Of a DNA stretch of 25,854 nt, positions 17,590 through 25,854 are shown in pieces. The notes under the pieces are model-generated. The model had not been told where the DNA came from and did not search any database. It saw only the letters and a list, made by a program, of their open reading frames with translations. Within the stretch, counting starts at the first letter, position 1. The number at the start of each line of letters is the position of its first letter. Position numbers and translations under genes: made by a program. Origin of the DNA: an uncultured cyanobacterium (GTDB lineage: Bacteria > Cyanobacteriota > Cyanobacteriia > Leptolyngbyales > Leptolyngbyaceae); NCBI GenBank assembly GCA_963766075.1, contig CAVYAN010000059.1, positions 1 through 25,854 on the forward strand. The letters run 5' to 3'.

Positions 17590-18748
17590 TCATGATTCGC
17601 TCCCTAGCAGCACGGTCACAAAGGTCTCATTATGAAACCGGGGTGTAGCCTCCAGGGTAAAGGGAGAAATCTCTCCATAAGTATAAAAGCCGCAGGCGGA
17701 AATGGACTCCGAAAGATACGATTGCAGCAGTTCGTATTCTTGACTGACGCGAGTTCCCAGGATTTGCCGCCGCCCAGCGCAGGAAAAGAAGAGGGCGATC
17801 GGTGGGCGTTTGTCCCGGATAGGTGTCGAGGGCGTGCTGGATGGATATTTTGCAGGAATGGAGAATATCCTCTCGACTGCCTTCTGTCATTTGGACGATC
17901 GCCTGTTCTGGGATGTCCCCAAAAAATGTGATGCTGCCTGCTGCTTCATCTAAGGCACACAGGTTGCGAATGTAGAAATTGCTGTCTTGCTTCTCAAATA
18001 CTGCCAGGGGATAGTTATAACTCGTTTGCACATCCCCAACGTAGTTTTGAAAAAACTCGAACACGGGTTTAGCATCCACTTCGTACAGAACATTCCCCTC
18101 CGATCGCGTGACTCGACCACTCTGGCCGATGGGTGATTTGCCACTGGCAACACCAATCGAAAACTGAAGATTTCCCGAAAACAACAAAATCGGCACTGCA
18201 TCCTGATAAACCTGGGTGCCAAAGAATTGGTAAGTGGCTTTGAATCCTCCTCTGTCTGCGGCTGTACCGCCAACAACGGGCACGCTGGCCTTAAGGGCTT
18301 GATGCAGGCCGGTGACGGCTGCGACGCCATTGGCCAATAACCCTTCTGGCAGCGTCAGGCAGAGTTGAGGTGGCAGGGTGCTTTGGGCCAGGGCCTGGTC
18401 TACCGCTTGCTGTGTGGCTACCGTGGGGTGCTGAGACAGATGATGCCCAACCCCTGCCGTGATTTCTACCGTGGCATCGGTACAAAACAGCATCAAAACG
18501 AGGGAGTTTTGCTGAAACCCCATCAAAGAGGAGATTTCACCATCTGTAGTAGCACCAATTAAGGCGAGGTTGGGAAAGGTTTGTGCAATCTGTTGCAGGA
18601 TCAGGGCATGATCCAAATCAATGCCCGCAAGCAGCATGCCGGCTTGGGGTTGGGTGCCGTTTAATTCCTGCACACACTGTTCCAATACTTCCGCGATCGC
18701 GAATTCTGTCTCTGGATCATTGCTATGTCCAAGGGCGGCACTCAGCAT
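17590..18748 (-). pseudogene. FIST/FIST_C sensor protein with a frameshift near 17801
   Basis: N-part IGATTDGE, VVGGTAAD. After the frameshift the frame reads IALFFSCAGRRQILG...GFYTYGEISP...FHNETFVTVLLGSES* (stop 17590-17592). Confidence 0.85.
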
Positions 18749-19182
18749 CAGAGTCTCCTGAAAAGTCTAGATTGGGGATTGATGGTAGCCTGTACGTCGT
18801 TGACCGCAGAGATCAAACAACGGTATTTACCCTGACAATTGCTCAATATTTGGGTAGAAATCAACGTTTTGGTAGAGGTCAACCGAAATAACCCGTCACT
18901 TCGGTTCATTAGGTTAATGATGGGCACGGGCGATGCCCTTTGCCTATCCTAACGTTGTCATTGCAGCGACCGACTGATTCAGTTACATGAATAAATGAAT
19001 ATCAGAATAATGGTCGATAGGTATCAGCACCCCACACTGTGATTGGCTCAGCTTACCGAGCACCCACAAAATTTATCCCACCCCTTCAGCATGCCCTCTA
19101 GGGCGCATCAGATCACATCCGGGGAACCCATTTTTGGCGATGGTGAGGCCTATGGCAATGGTGGGGCCGATGGCACACTTTC

Positions 19183-21294
19183 CTACAGGAAGTGATGGGC
19201 CTGGGTCGGCCCTGCCTTGGCGGCAAGGGGCAACTCAATCACAAATTTTGTGCCCTCTCCCCAGGTGGAATCACAGGAGAATTTGCCACTATGTTTTTCA
19301 GTAATGATTTGATAGCTAATGGACAGCCCCAATCCAGCCCCCTGGCCCACCGGTTTGGAGGTAAAGAAGGGATCAAATAAGCGCGATCGCATCCGTTCCG
19401 GAATTCCAGTCCCCGTGTCAGCGATCGTCACCGCGATCCAGTCTGCGGCGGTCTGAGTCGTAGTAATCGCAATTCGATAGGGGTGAGCCGCCATGTCTCT
19501 ACAACTCTGGCTACGACTGCGCTCTTCTAGCGCATCGATCGCATTTGTCAGTAGATTGATCATCACCTGATTGAAGTGTCTGGCATAGCATTCCACTAAG
19601 GGAAGCTCCCCATACTGCTTGACAATTTCAATATCTGGACGGGTCATATTGCCTTGAATCCGGTACTGTAAAAATACCAAGGCATTGTCAATGCCCTCAT
19701 GCAGATTCACGAATTTGCAGTCTGCCTCATCTAAACGGGAAAAATTACGCAACGACAGCACGAGGTCGCGAATCCGCTGGGAACCCAATTTCATCGACTC
19801 CAACAGCTTTGCCAGATCCTCCTGCAGAAAAGGCAGATCGGCATTGTGCAGATCGGCTCGCAGCAATTCCGGGGGATTGGGATAGTAATGCTGGTAGGCA
19901 GTTAAGAGTTGTAGCAGATCATAGCTGTATCGTTCAACATGGTTCAGATTGCCATAAATAACATTAATCGGGTTATTAATCTCATGGGCCATACCTGCAA
20001 CCAGTTGACCGAGACTGATCATCTTCTCCTGTTGAATCAGTTGCATTTCAGAGCGCTTTAGGTCTTTTAGCGTGCAATTTAACTCCACTGCTTGCGTTTG
20101 CAATTGCTGGACATACTCCGCCTGCTGAATCGCGATTCCCAGTTGTTCACTCACTTGAGCCAGGAGCTGGATTTCATCTTCCTGCCACGTTCGGGGAATA
20201 GTATTATGAAATGCCGTGAGCAATCCCCAGAGCTGATCTTCCTGAAAGATGAGCGCCGTGACATAGGCTTGGATCTGGTACTGTGCGAGCCGTTGCACAT
20301 GCTGATCTAGATGTTTAACGTGGTAAATGTTATCCACAGCAATGGTTTTATGATCGGTACCATATTCTTGCTGCATTGCCATCCAATCAATGGCTTGAAT
20401 CGGGGATGAAACATCCATTAAAGACTGCAAATCCTCTACGCACGACTCGAACAGCAGCTCGCTATCCCCGTCCGTTGTGAAGCGATGAATTGTGACGCGG
20501 TTGGCGGCCAGTAGACAGCGCACTTCAGCCACAGCCGTTTGGCAAATGACACTAAATTCGAGGGATTTCCGAATGTTATGGGTAATTTTGAACAGGGATT
20601 TCTGGCGGTTGAGGGCTTTGGTTTGCTCTGCCATACGAGCACATTGGACGGCCTGGATTTGTTCAATATAAGCCGCCTGTTGTAGCGCGACGCCAAAATG
20701 ATGGGCTATTTGCTGAACAAAGGCAATTTCGGACGGTTGCCAATGACGGGGAGCATGGCATTGGTGAATACACAGCAATCCCCACAGATGGTTTTCTGAG
20801 AGTAAGGGGACGATGAGGTTGGCACGGACATGGAAAGCGGCCAAAATATCGATGTGGCAGGGGCTGAGTCCAGCGGAGTAAATGTCTGCTACGGCTTGCA
20901 CGCGCCCCTGGGCATAATGGACCGCAAACTGGTTGCCAAAACAGTGGTCATGGACTTTGGTGGCGATCGCAGAAGGGAAGTCGTCGATCACATCTTCGGC
21001 AACAAACTCGCCATCGTCCCAATGGCGATTGGGATCAAATCGAAACACCCCGACCCGATCGGCCTTCAGTAACTGCCGGACTTCTCGACTGGTCGTGTTA
21101 AATAAGGTGGTTAGATCCAAAGAATCGCGAATTCGGATAATTGCGCTGGCCAGAATTTCTTGCTGCTGAACGCGCTCTTGAAGTTGGGCCGCCAGCACCA
21201 TGGCTGGATCGAGGGGGAGTTGGGCAGTGGCTTCACCGTCAGCGGGAGAAAATTCAACCATTTTTTTTAAGGTGCCTGAAGGGAGAACATGCAT
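19183..21294 (-). CDS. Cyanobacteriochrome (GAF-GAF) histidine kinase
   Basis: GAF1 has DHCF and SPCH; GAF2 lacks the Cys; HK motifs AGMAHEINNP, NAIDA, GAGLGL. Confidence 0.9.
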   Translation of the reverse strand: MHVLPSGTLKKMVEFSPADGEATAQLPLDPAMVLAAQLQERVQQQEILASAIIRIRDSLDLTTLFNTTSREVRQLLKADRVGVFRFDPNRHWDDGEFVAEDVIDDFPSAIATKVHDHCFGNQFAVHYAQGRVQAVADIYSAGLSPCHIDILAAFHVRANLIVPLLSENHLWGLLCIHQCHAPRHWQPSEIAFVQQIAHHFGVALQQAAYIEQIQAVQCARMAEQTKALNRQKSLFKITHNIRKSLEFSVICQTAVAEVRCLLAANRVTIHRFTTDGDSELLFESCVEDLQSLMDVSSPIQAIDWMAMQQEYGTDHKTIAVDNIYHVKHLDQHVQRLAQYQIQAYVTALIFQEDQLWGLLTAFHNTIPRTWQEDEIQLLAQVSEQLGIAIQQAEYVQQLQTQAVELNCTLKDLKRSEMQLIQQEKMISLGQLVAGMAHEINNPINVIYGNLNHVERYSYDLLQLLTAYQHYYPNPPELLRADLHNADLPFLQEDLAKLLESMKLGSQRIRDLVLSLRNFSRLDEADCKFVNLHEGIDNALVFLQYRIQGNMTRPDIEIVKQYGELPLVECYARHFNQVMINLLTNAIDALEERSRSQSCRDMAAHPYRIAITTTQTAADWIAVTIADTGTGIPERMRSRLFDPFFTSKPVGQGAGLGLSISYQIITEKHSGKFSCDSTWGEGTKFVIELPLAAKAGPTQAHHFL

Positions 21295-21456
21295 TAAAGA
21301 TTGCTTAAGTGTGCCCCACCTCGGCCCCTCCTGCCCCTAGAACCCGACCCAAAATCCAAAATCTTCTCGGGCTGCGGCATGAAGTGCCATCCAAAATCCA
21401 ATTACCCTTTAAAGTAAAAGAATGTAAACCAGTTTTCAGAAAGGGTATTGGACTTC

Positions 21457-22647
21457 ATGCGTGTAATCCTAATGACAGGCAAAGGCGGCGTAGGCAAAAC
21501 TTCGGTGGCCGCCGCGACCGGTTTGCGCTGTGCCGAACTGGGATACAAAACCCTAGTCCTCAGTACCGATCCCGCTCACTCCTTGGCCGATAGCTTTGAT
21601 CGGCCCCTGGGTCACGACCCAGAGCTGGTCCGGCCCAACCTGTGGGGCGCAGAACTGGATGCCCTCAAGGAGCTGGAAGGCAATTGGGGTGCGGTCAAGC
21701 GCTACATTACCCAGGTGTTGCAGGCCCGAGGGATGGAAGGCGTCCAAGCCGAAGAACTGGCCATTCTGCCGGGGATGGACGAAATTTTTGGTTTGGTGCG
21801 GATGAAGCGCCACTACGACGAAGGCGAATACGATGTGCTGATCATTGACTCGGCCCCGACGGGAACGGCACTGCGGCTATTGAGTCTTCCGGAAGTTGGC
21901 GGTTGGTATATGCGCAAGTTTTATAAGCCCTTCCAGGGTATTTCCGTAGCACTGCGCCCGCTGGTGGAACCGCTGTTCCGCCCGATCGCCGGGTTTTCTC
22001 TGCCGGACAAAGAGGTGATGGATGCGCCCTACGAGTTCTACGAGCAAATCGAAGCCCTGGAAAAAGTGCTAACCGACCCAACCCAAACCTCGGTGCGGTT
22101 GATCATGAACCCCGAAAAGATGGTGATTAAGGAATCCCTGCGTGCCCATGCCTACCTAAGCCTGTATAACGTGGCAACCGACATGGTGGTAGCCAATCGG
22201 ATTATTCCAGCGACGGTTTCTGATCCCTTTTTCCAGCGCTGGAAGGAATCCCAGGAGCAGCACCGCTTGGAAATTCATGAAAATTTTTCGCCACTGCCGA
22301 TTAAAGAAGTGCCCCTCTATTCCGAGGAAATGTGTGGGCTAGAGGCGCTGGATCGGTTGAAGGAAACCCTGTTTGCGGAGGGTGAAGATCCGGCCCAGGT
22401 TTACTACAAGGAAACAACGCTGCGGGTGGTGCAGGATGGGTCCAGCTATAGCCTGGAAGTTTATTTACCCGGCATTGAGAAAAAGCAGATTGAACTGAGT
22501 AAAACGGCAGATGAACTGAACATTCGGATTGGCAACCATCGGCGCAATCTGGTGCTGCCCCAGGCATTGGCGGCATTGCAACCCTCAGGGGCCAAGATGG
22601 AGGACGATTACTTAAAAATTCGGTTCTCGGATGCGGTGCGAGTATAG
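21457..22647 (+). CDS. ArsA/Get3(TRC40)-family ATPase with C-terminal HSP20-like domain
   Basis: [14 protein letters not shown] and DSAPTG motifs; C-terminal YSLEVYLPG...[16 protein letters not shown]. Confidence 0.92.
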   Translation: MRVILMTGKGGVGKTSVAAATGLRCAELGYKTLVLSTDPAHSLADSFDRPLGHDPELVRPNLWGAELDALKELEGNWGAVKRYITQVLQARGMEGVQAEELAILPGMDEIFGLVRMKRHYDEGEYDVLIIDSAPTGTALRLLSLPEVGGWYMRKFYKPFQGISVALRPLVEPLFRPIAGFSLPDKEVMDAPYEFYEQIEALEKVLTDPTQTSVRLIMNPEKMVIKESLRAHAYLSLYNVATDMVVANRIIPATVSDPFFQRWKESQEQHRLEIHENFSPLPIKEVPLYSEEMCGLEALDRLKETLFAEGEDPAQVYYKETTLRVVQDGSSYSLEVYLPGIEKKQIELSKTADELNIRIGNHRRNLVLPQALAALQPSGAKMEDDYLKIRFSDAVRV

Positions 22648-22671
22648 GGGCGATCGCACGCCTGTCCCGTT

Positions 22672-23379
22672 CTACGCCGTTTCCAACGCGAGCAGTGTAG
22701 ACAGATAGGACTGGCGCTGCTGCAAAAATGCGCGCAGACGCTCTGGATAATCGATGGCTACGGCGTTTTTTACAGAAGACCGATTTTGTAAGGAGCGCCG
22801 CCAAAGCCTGAGATTTGGGGTATTGGAGAAGATATTGAAACCGATTGTCTGCCCCAGCTCCTGCTCTAGGACATCAAAGTAGCGAAATATTGGGCCATAG
22901 GTGGCATCAACGAGGGAAAATGACTCACCGGCAAAGTACGGTTTGCCGATGACGCTCCCTTCAATTCGAGCAAATTTATCCAGGATTTCCTGACGCTTTT
23001 GCGCAAATGCCACAGCATCAGGTGCATTGTACAATCCCGCGATCGCATTCAGAATCCCTGAACCAAATTCAATCCAAGCTCGATGTTGCGCCCGTTCTAG
23101 CGGATCAAGGGGATGTAATGACCCCGGCGTGATTTCGTCTAAATACTCGCAAATCACGGCGGATTCAAACAGCACGTCGCTACGGAAATCCTGACTCACC
23201 TTCAAAAGCGGCACTTTGCCTAAGGGGGACAGTTGCCGAAACCAGTCGGGTTTGTTGGCCAGATCAATGTAGGTGCGATCGTGCGGAATCTCTTTTTCCA
23301 GCAGTGTAATCACTGCACGTTGAACGTATGGACACAGGTGATGACTAATTAGCTCCAACTGAGGAATCGATAAGTTCAC
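22672..23379 (-). CDS. Glutathione S-transferase family protein
   Basis: LISHHLCPYVQR, SPLGKVP, FESAVICEYLDE; start is GTG 23379 or ATG 23466. Confidence 0.88.
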   Translation of the reverse strand: MNLSIPQLELISHHLCPYVQRAVITLLEKEIPHDRTYIDLANKPDWFRQLSPLGKVPLLKVSQDFRSDVLFESAVICEYLDEITPGSLHPLDPLERAQHRAWIEFGSGILNAIAGLYNAPDAVAFAQKRQEILDKFARIEGSVIGKPYFAGESFSLVDATYGPIFRYFDVLEQELGQTIGFNIFSNTPNLRLWRRSLQNRSSVKNAVAIDYPERLRAFLQQRQSYLSTLLALETA

Positions 23380-23633
23380 GGGATCTGCCTCTGATTCAGG
23401 ACTCGGCTTAAGGACTCGGTGTAAACAGGAATAGGTACAAACAGGACTCGGTGCAAACAGATGCATCCTTAAATCCTTAAGATCACAAACGCTACAATGT
23501 GGCGCTGAGAGATAGCTGTAGTCATGCGCAGCAGGAGTCAGCCAACCCTCTAGACTCGGCATTTCAGCCACTATCTCAGTCCGAAGCTGACCGGCTAATG
23601 CGATACATTTACATCCCAGCGCCAGCAGTGGCA

Positions 23634-23990
23634 TCACGCTCCGTAATAAAAGCGCTCGTGAACAACTTTGCCATCTTTCCACTTCTGCACCGACACTTGA
23701 TCGTGAGTCACGTCGCCCCAGTCCGCGTGGGTATAGTCCACAAACCATTCAGAAATAATGACATCATCGCCGTAGGCAACATTTTTCACCGTTGCTGCAC
23801 GAAATTCCACCACTTTCGAGAAAAACTCCAACTCGCGTTCACGGTTAGCGGCTTTACCAAACGTGGCAGGTGTTTCATTTTCCTGCATCACAACATCTTC
23901 ACCGTAGTATTTCTCAAATGCTTCCATGGCTTTGCCTTGCAAAACCAGTGCTGTGATGTCTTCAAATGCAGACCTTAGATCGATAGCCAT
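23634..23990 (-). CDS. SnoaL-like / NTF2-fold protein
   Basis: AFEKYYGEDVVMQEN...SEW...QKWKDGKVVHERFYY; AGGAG RBS. Confidence 0.85.
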   Translation of the reverse strand: MAIDLRSAFEDITALVLQGKAMEAFEKYYGEDVVMQENETPATFGKAANRERELEFFSKVVEFRAATVKNVAYGDDVIISEWFVDYTHADWGDVTHDQVSVQKWKDGKVVHERFYYGA

Positions 23991-24125
23991 GATTTGTTTC
24001 TCCTAAAAATAATTGAGTATTGGGGCCCCTGACATCCTTACAGGCAATCAAAGCCATGCAATCAAAGCAGCATCGTTAAATCGTTTGCTCTTTGATAGTT
24101 TGCTCTTTGACAGTCTGTCTTGAGC

Positions 24126-24180
24126 TAATTCCAGGTGCAACTAAATTCACGGTAGCACCGGATAGTTGAAATTGCAACTA
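24126..24180. promoter_or_regulatory. Putative MarR operator pair
   Basis: TAGTTGAAATTGCAACTA (24163-24180, 16/18 palindromic) and TAATTCCAGGTGCAACTA (24126-24143), between divergent genes. Confidence 0.6.
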
Positions 24181-24200
24181 CTTTCTGCCACACTGGGGGT

Positions 24201-24650
24201 ATGGAACCTCTTGATCCCTTGTGTAGCTCAACTTGGCGGCTCTTTCTCACAGCTCATGTACGCCTGCTGGAGCGCATTGAAGCGCAGCTAGCCGAGGCAG
24301 GTTTGCCGTCGTTAGAGTGGTACGATGTGCTTTTTACTCTCAAGGAAGCCCCCAATCATCGATTGCGCCTGAGTGATGTGGCCGATAAGGTGCTGTTGAG
24401 CCGCAGCAACCTGACCCGCTTGGTCGATCGCTTGGAAGCCGCTGGATTATTGCGGCGGGAACGGTGCCCGAGCGATCGCCGGGGTGCTTTTGCGGTGCTG
24501 ACGGAAGCTGGATTAGCGATGCAGCAAACCATCTGGGCTGTTTATTCGCAAGGAATTATTGACTATTTTGGAGCGCATTTAGATGCTGAAACCTGTCAGG
24601 TCATGCATCAGGCATTCGCGCGAATCCTGATCGCACTGGATGCGCCATAA
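24201..24650 (+). CDS. MarR-family transcriptional regulator
   Basis: WYDVL..L...LRLSDVA...LSRSNLTRLVDRLE..GLL.R...DRRGAFAVLTEAG. Confidence 0.92.
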   Translation: MEPLDPLCSSTWRLFLTAHVRLLERIEAQLAEAGLPSLEWYDVLFTLKEAPNHRLRLSDVADKVLLSRSNLTRLVDRLEAAGLLRRERCPSDRRGAFAVLTEAGLAMQQTIWAVYSQGIIDYFGAHLDAETCQVMHQAFARILIALDAP

Positions 24651-24761
24651 GGTCGATCCGTTCGGGGGGTAACCCCTTACGGCGCAGGGTTAAGCCCCTA
24701 GGGGTTTTCCTGTAAATGCTGCTGTCTATGGGGTGGAATTTTCGCGTTGGTGATTGATTGC

Positions 24762-25262
24762 TTAACCGCGATAGGAGTACCAGGTTAAGGATTTAGGTGA
24801 AAATCCAGTAATTCGCGTCTGTTCCATTTCGATTTTTTTCTGGGCGATCGCGTCCCAGTTAATGACCTCCGCGCAATCCTGAACCAAAGCCTCCGCCAAG
24901 GTTTGGGCCACGGGCACGGCAAAATTAGTCCGCATTTCCATGAGCGTCAGATCCGCTGTCCAGAGCACCCGGTGATTGCTCAGCCGTCGCGGCTCATAAA
25001 TGCCCAAATGGCACTCAATAATCGTGATGCGATGCGTGGCTTGGGCGGATTGCTTGGTCAAGGTCTCGCCAGGGAGCGCGGCTAGGTGGTCACAGTAAAT
25101 CCAGATTTGGGTCTGGTGCCACGGATGGGTTGGGGTGGCGAGGTAGGTGGCGATCGCCCGAGGCTCTTCGGCTCGACGAATCACGGCTACCGTGTGAACC
25201 CCTCGACCCAAAACGGTGATCACGCGGTAAACATAGGCATTAAATGTCTGGGTATCGGGCAA
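24762..25262 (-). CDS. Hypothetical protein (start uncertain)
   Basis: 166-aa ORF from TTG containing HIP1 sites; no recognised motif. Confidence 0.45.
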   Translation of the reverse strand: MPDTQTFNAYVYRVITVLGRGVHTVAVIRRAEEPRAIATYLATPTHPWHQTQIWIYCDHLAALPGETLTKQSAQATHRITIIECHLGIYEPRRLSNHRVLWTADLTLMEMRTNFAVPVAQTLAEALVQDCAEVINWDAIAQKKIEMEQTRITGFSPKSLTWYSYRG

Positions 25263-25373
25263 AAAGAGCTGGTTGATCCAGGCGCAGAAAACGACGCACT
25301 AAATCATCAGGGAACATGAGCTGTACTGTAATAAATGGGGCTAAACTGAGGCGCGATCGTGCGAATTTCAGAG

Positions 25374-25460
25374 TTTAGATTTGGGATTTTGGACCTTGGA
25401 GTTAACCGAAAGTCTTCTGGCACAGCGGCGTTGAGCGCTATCCAAAATCTAAAATTTCCA
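25374..25460. repeat. STRR-like heptamer repeats in inverted orientation
   Basis: TTTAGAT TTGGGAT TTTGGAC ... ATCCAAA ATCTAAA. Confidence 0.55.
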
Positions 25461-25720
25461 ACTCGCATGGCGGTCCTGGGGTGGCCGAATGCCAAGCCAA
25501 CACCAGTGCCAATCAATATCCAATCCGTATTAAGGATGAGCGAAAATTAAGGATGAGCGAAATGAGCGGATGTGGGGATGAGCAGATAAACTATTGCTTA
25601 TCAGTATTCATAGCCTCGGAACATTAATCCGGACGATTCGCTCCCGACCTTCCCAGTTTTTATGGAATAGGTGAACAGTATATTTGTTGATGTATCAATC
25701 CCTTTTTTCCCTGGTTGCCC

Positions 25721-25849
25721 ATGCCCTCTGGTCGTCGCCATGACAGCATTACCCTCTGGACGTTGCCCCTTGTCGTCGGAGTTGCTTTTGAGCGAACGGG
25801 CAACGGGACTCTAACCCTGCTGGTGTCTGGGGGCTATCTGTTAAGATGA
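25721..25849 (+). pseudogene. DUF2227 putative metal-binding protein, truncated after about 40 codons
   Basis: MPSGRRHDSITLWTLPLV...LTLLVSGGYL, then LR*; the family normally continues toward a PDLD motif. Confidence 0.65.
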
Positions 25850-25854
25850 CGATG

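Noticed and set aside
21457..22647. Arsenic resistance operon
   Set aside because: Single-domain ArsA/Get3-like protein with an HSP20-like tail; no arsR, arsB, arsC or arsD nearby
23467..23748. Long N-terminal extension of GST in the ORF track
   Set aside because: It overlaps the SnoaL gene in another frame and crosses intergenic DNA; GST homology starts near 23379

Overview
Cyanobacterial DNA: HIP1 octamer GCGATCGC is frequent in core genes, and nblA, psb34-like and cyanobacteriochrome genes are present. The left 4.4 kb looks like the decaying distal end of an integron-type cassette array. Small same-strand ORFs (HEPN-like remnant cut by an ISKra4-like IS, SnoaL, DUF433/DUF5615 TA pair, DUF4160/DUF2442 pair, ParE-type TA remnant, SRPBCC) are separated by one well-formed attC, two degenerate attCs, one half attC, GTAG-type REP doublets and a nested MITE. 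No integrase lies in the window. The rest is chromosomal: P-type ATPase with an intact IS5 (IS1031-like) just upstream, an orphan PII/SbtB-like gene, an AT-rich patch of small genes (Psb34-like, DUF3134, an unannotated Lys-rich peptide, NblA) with a structured intergenic region, cobS/nupC, a signalling cluster (DXCF cyanobacteriochrome kinase, frameshifted FIST, PAS kinase), ArsA/Get3-like ATPase, a MarR/SnoaL/GST divergon and a truncated DUF2227 gene at the right edge. All family calls are by motif recognition from memory; no searches were run.
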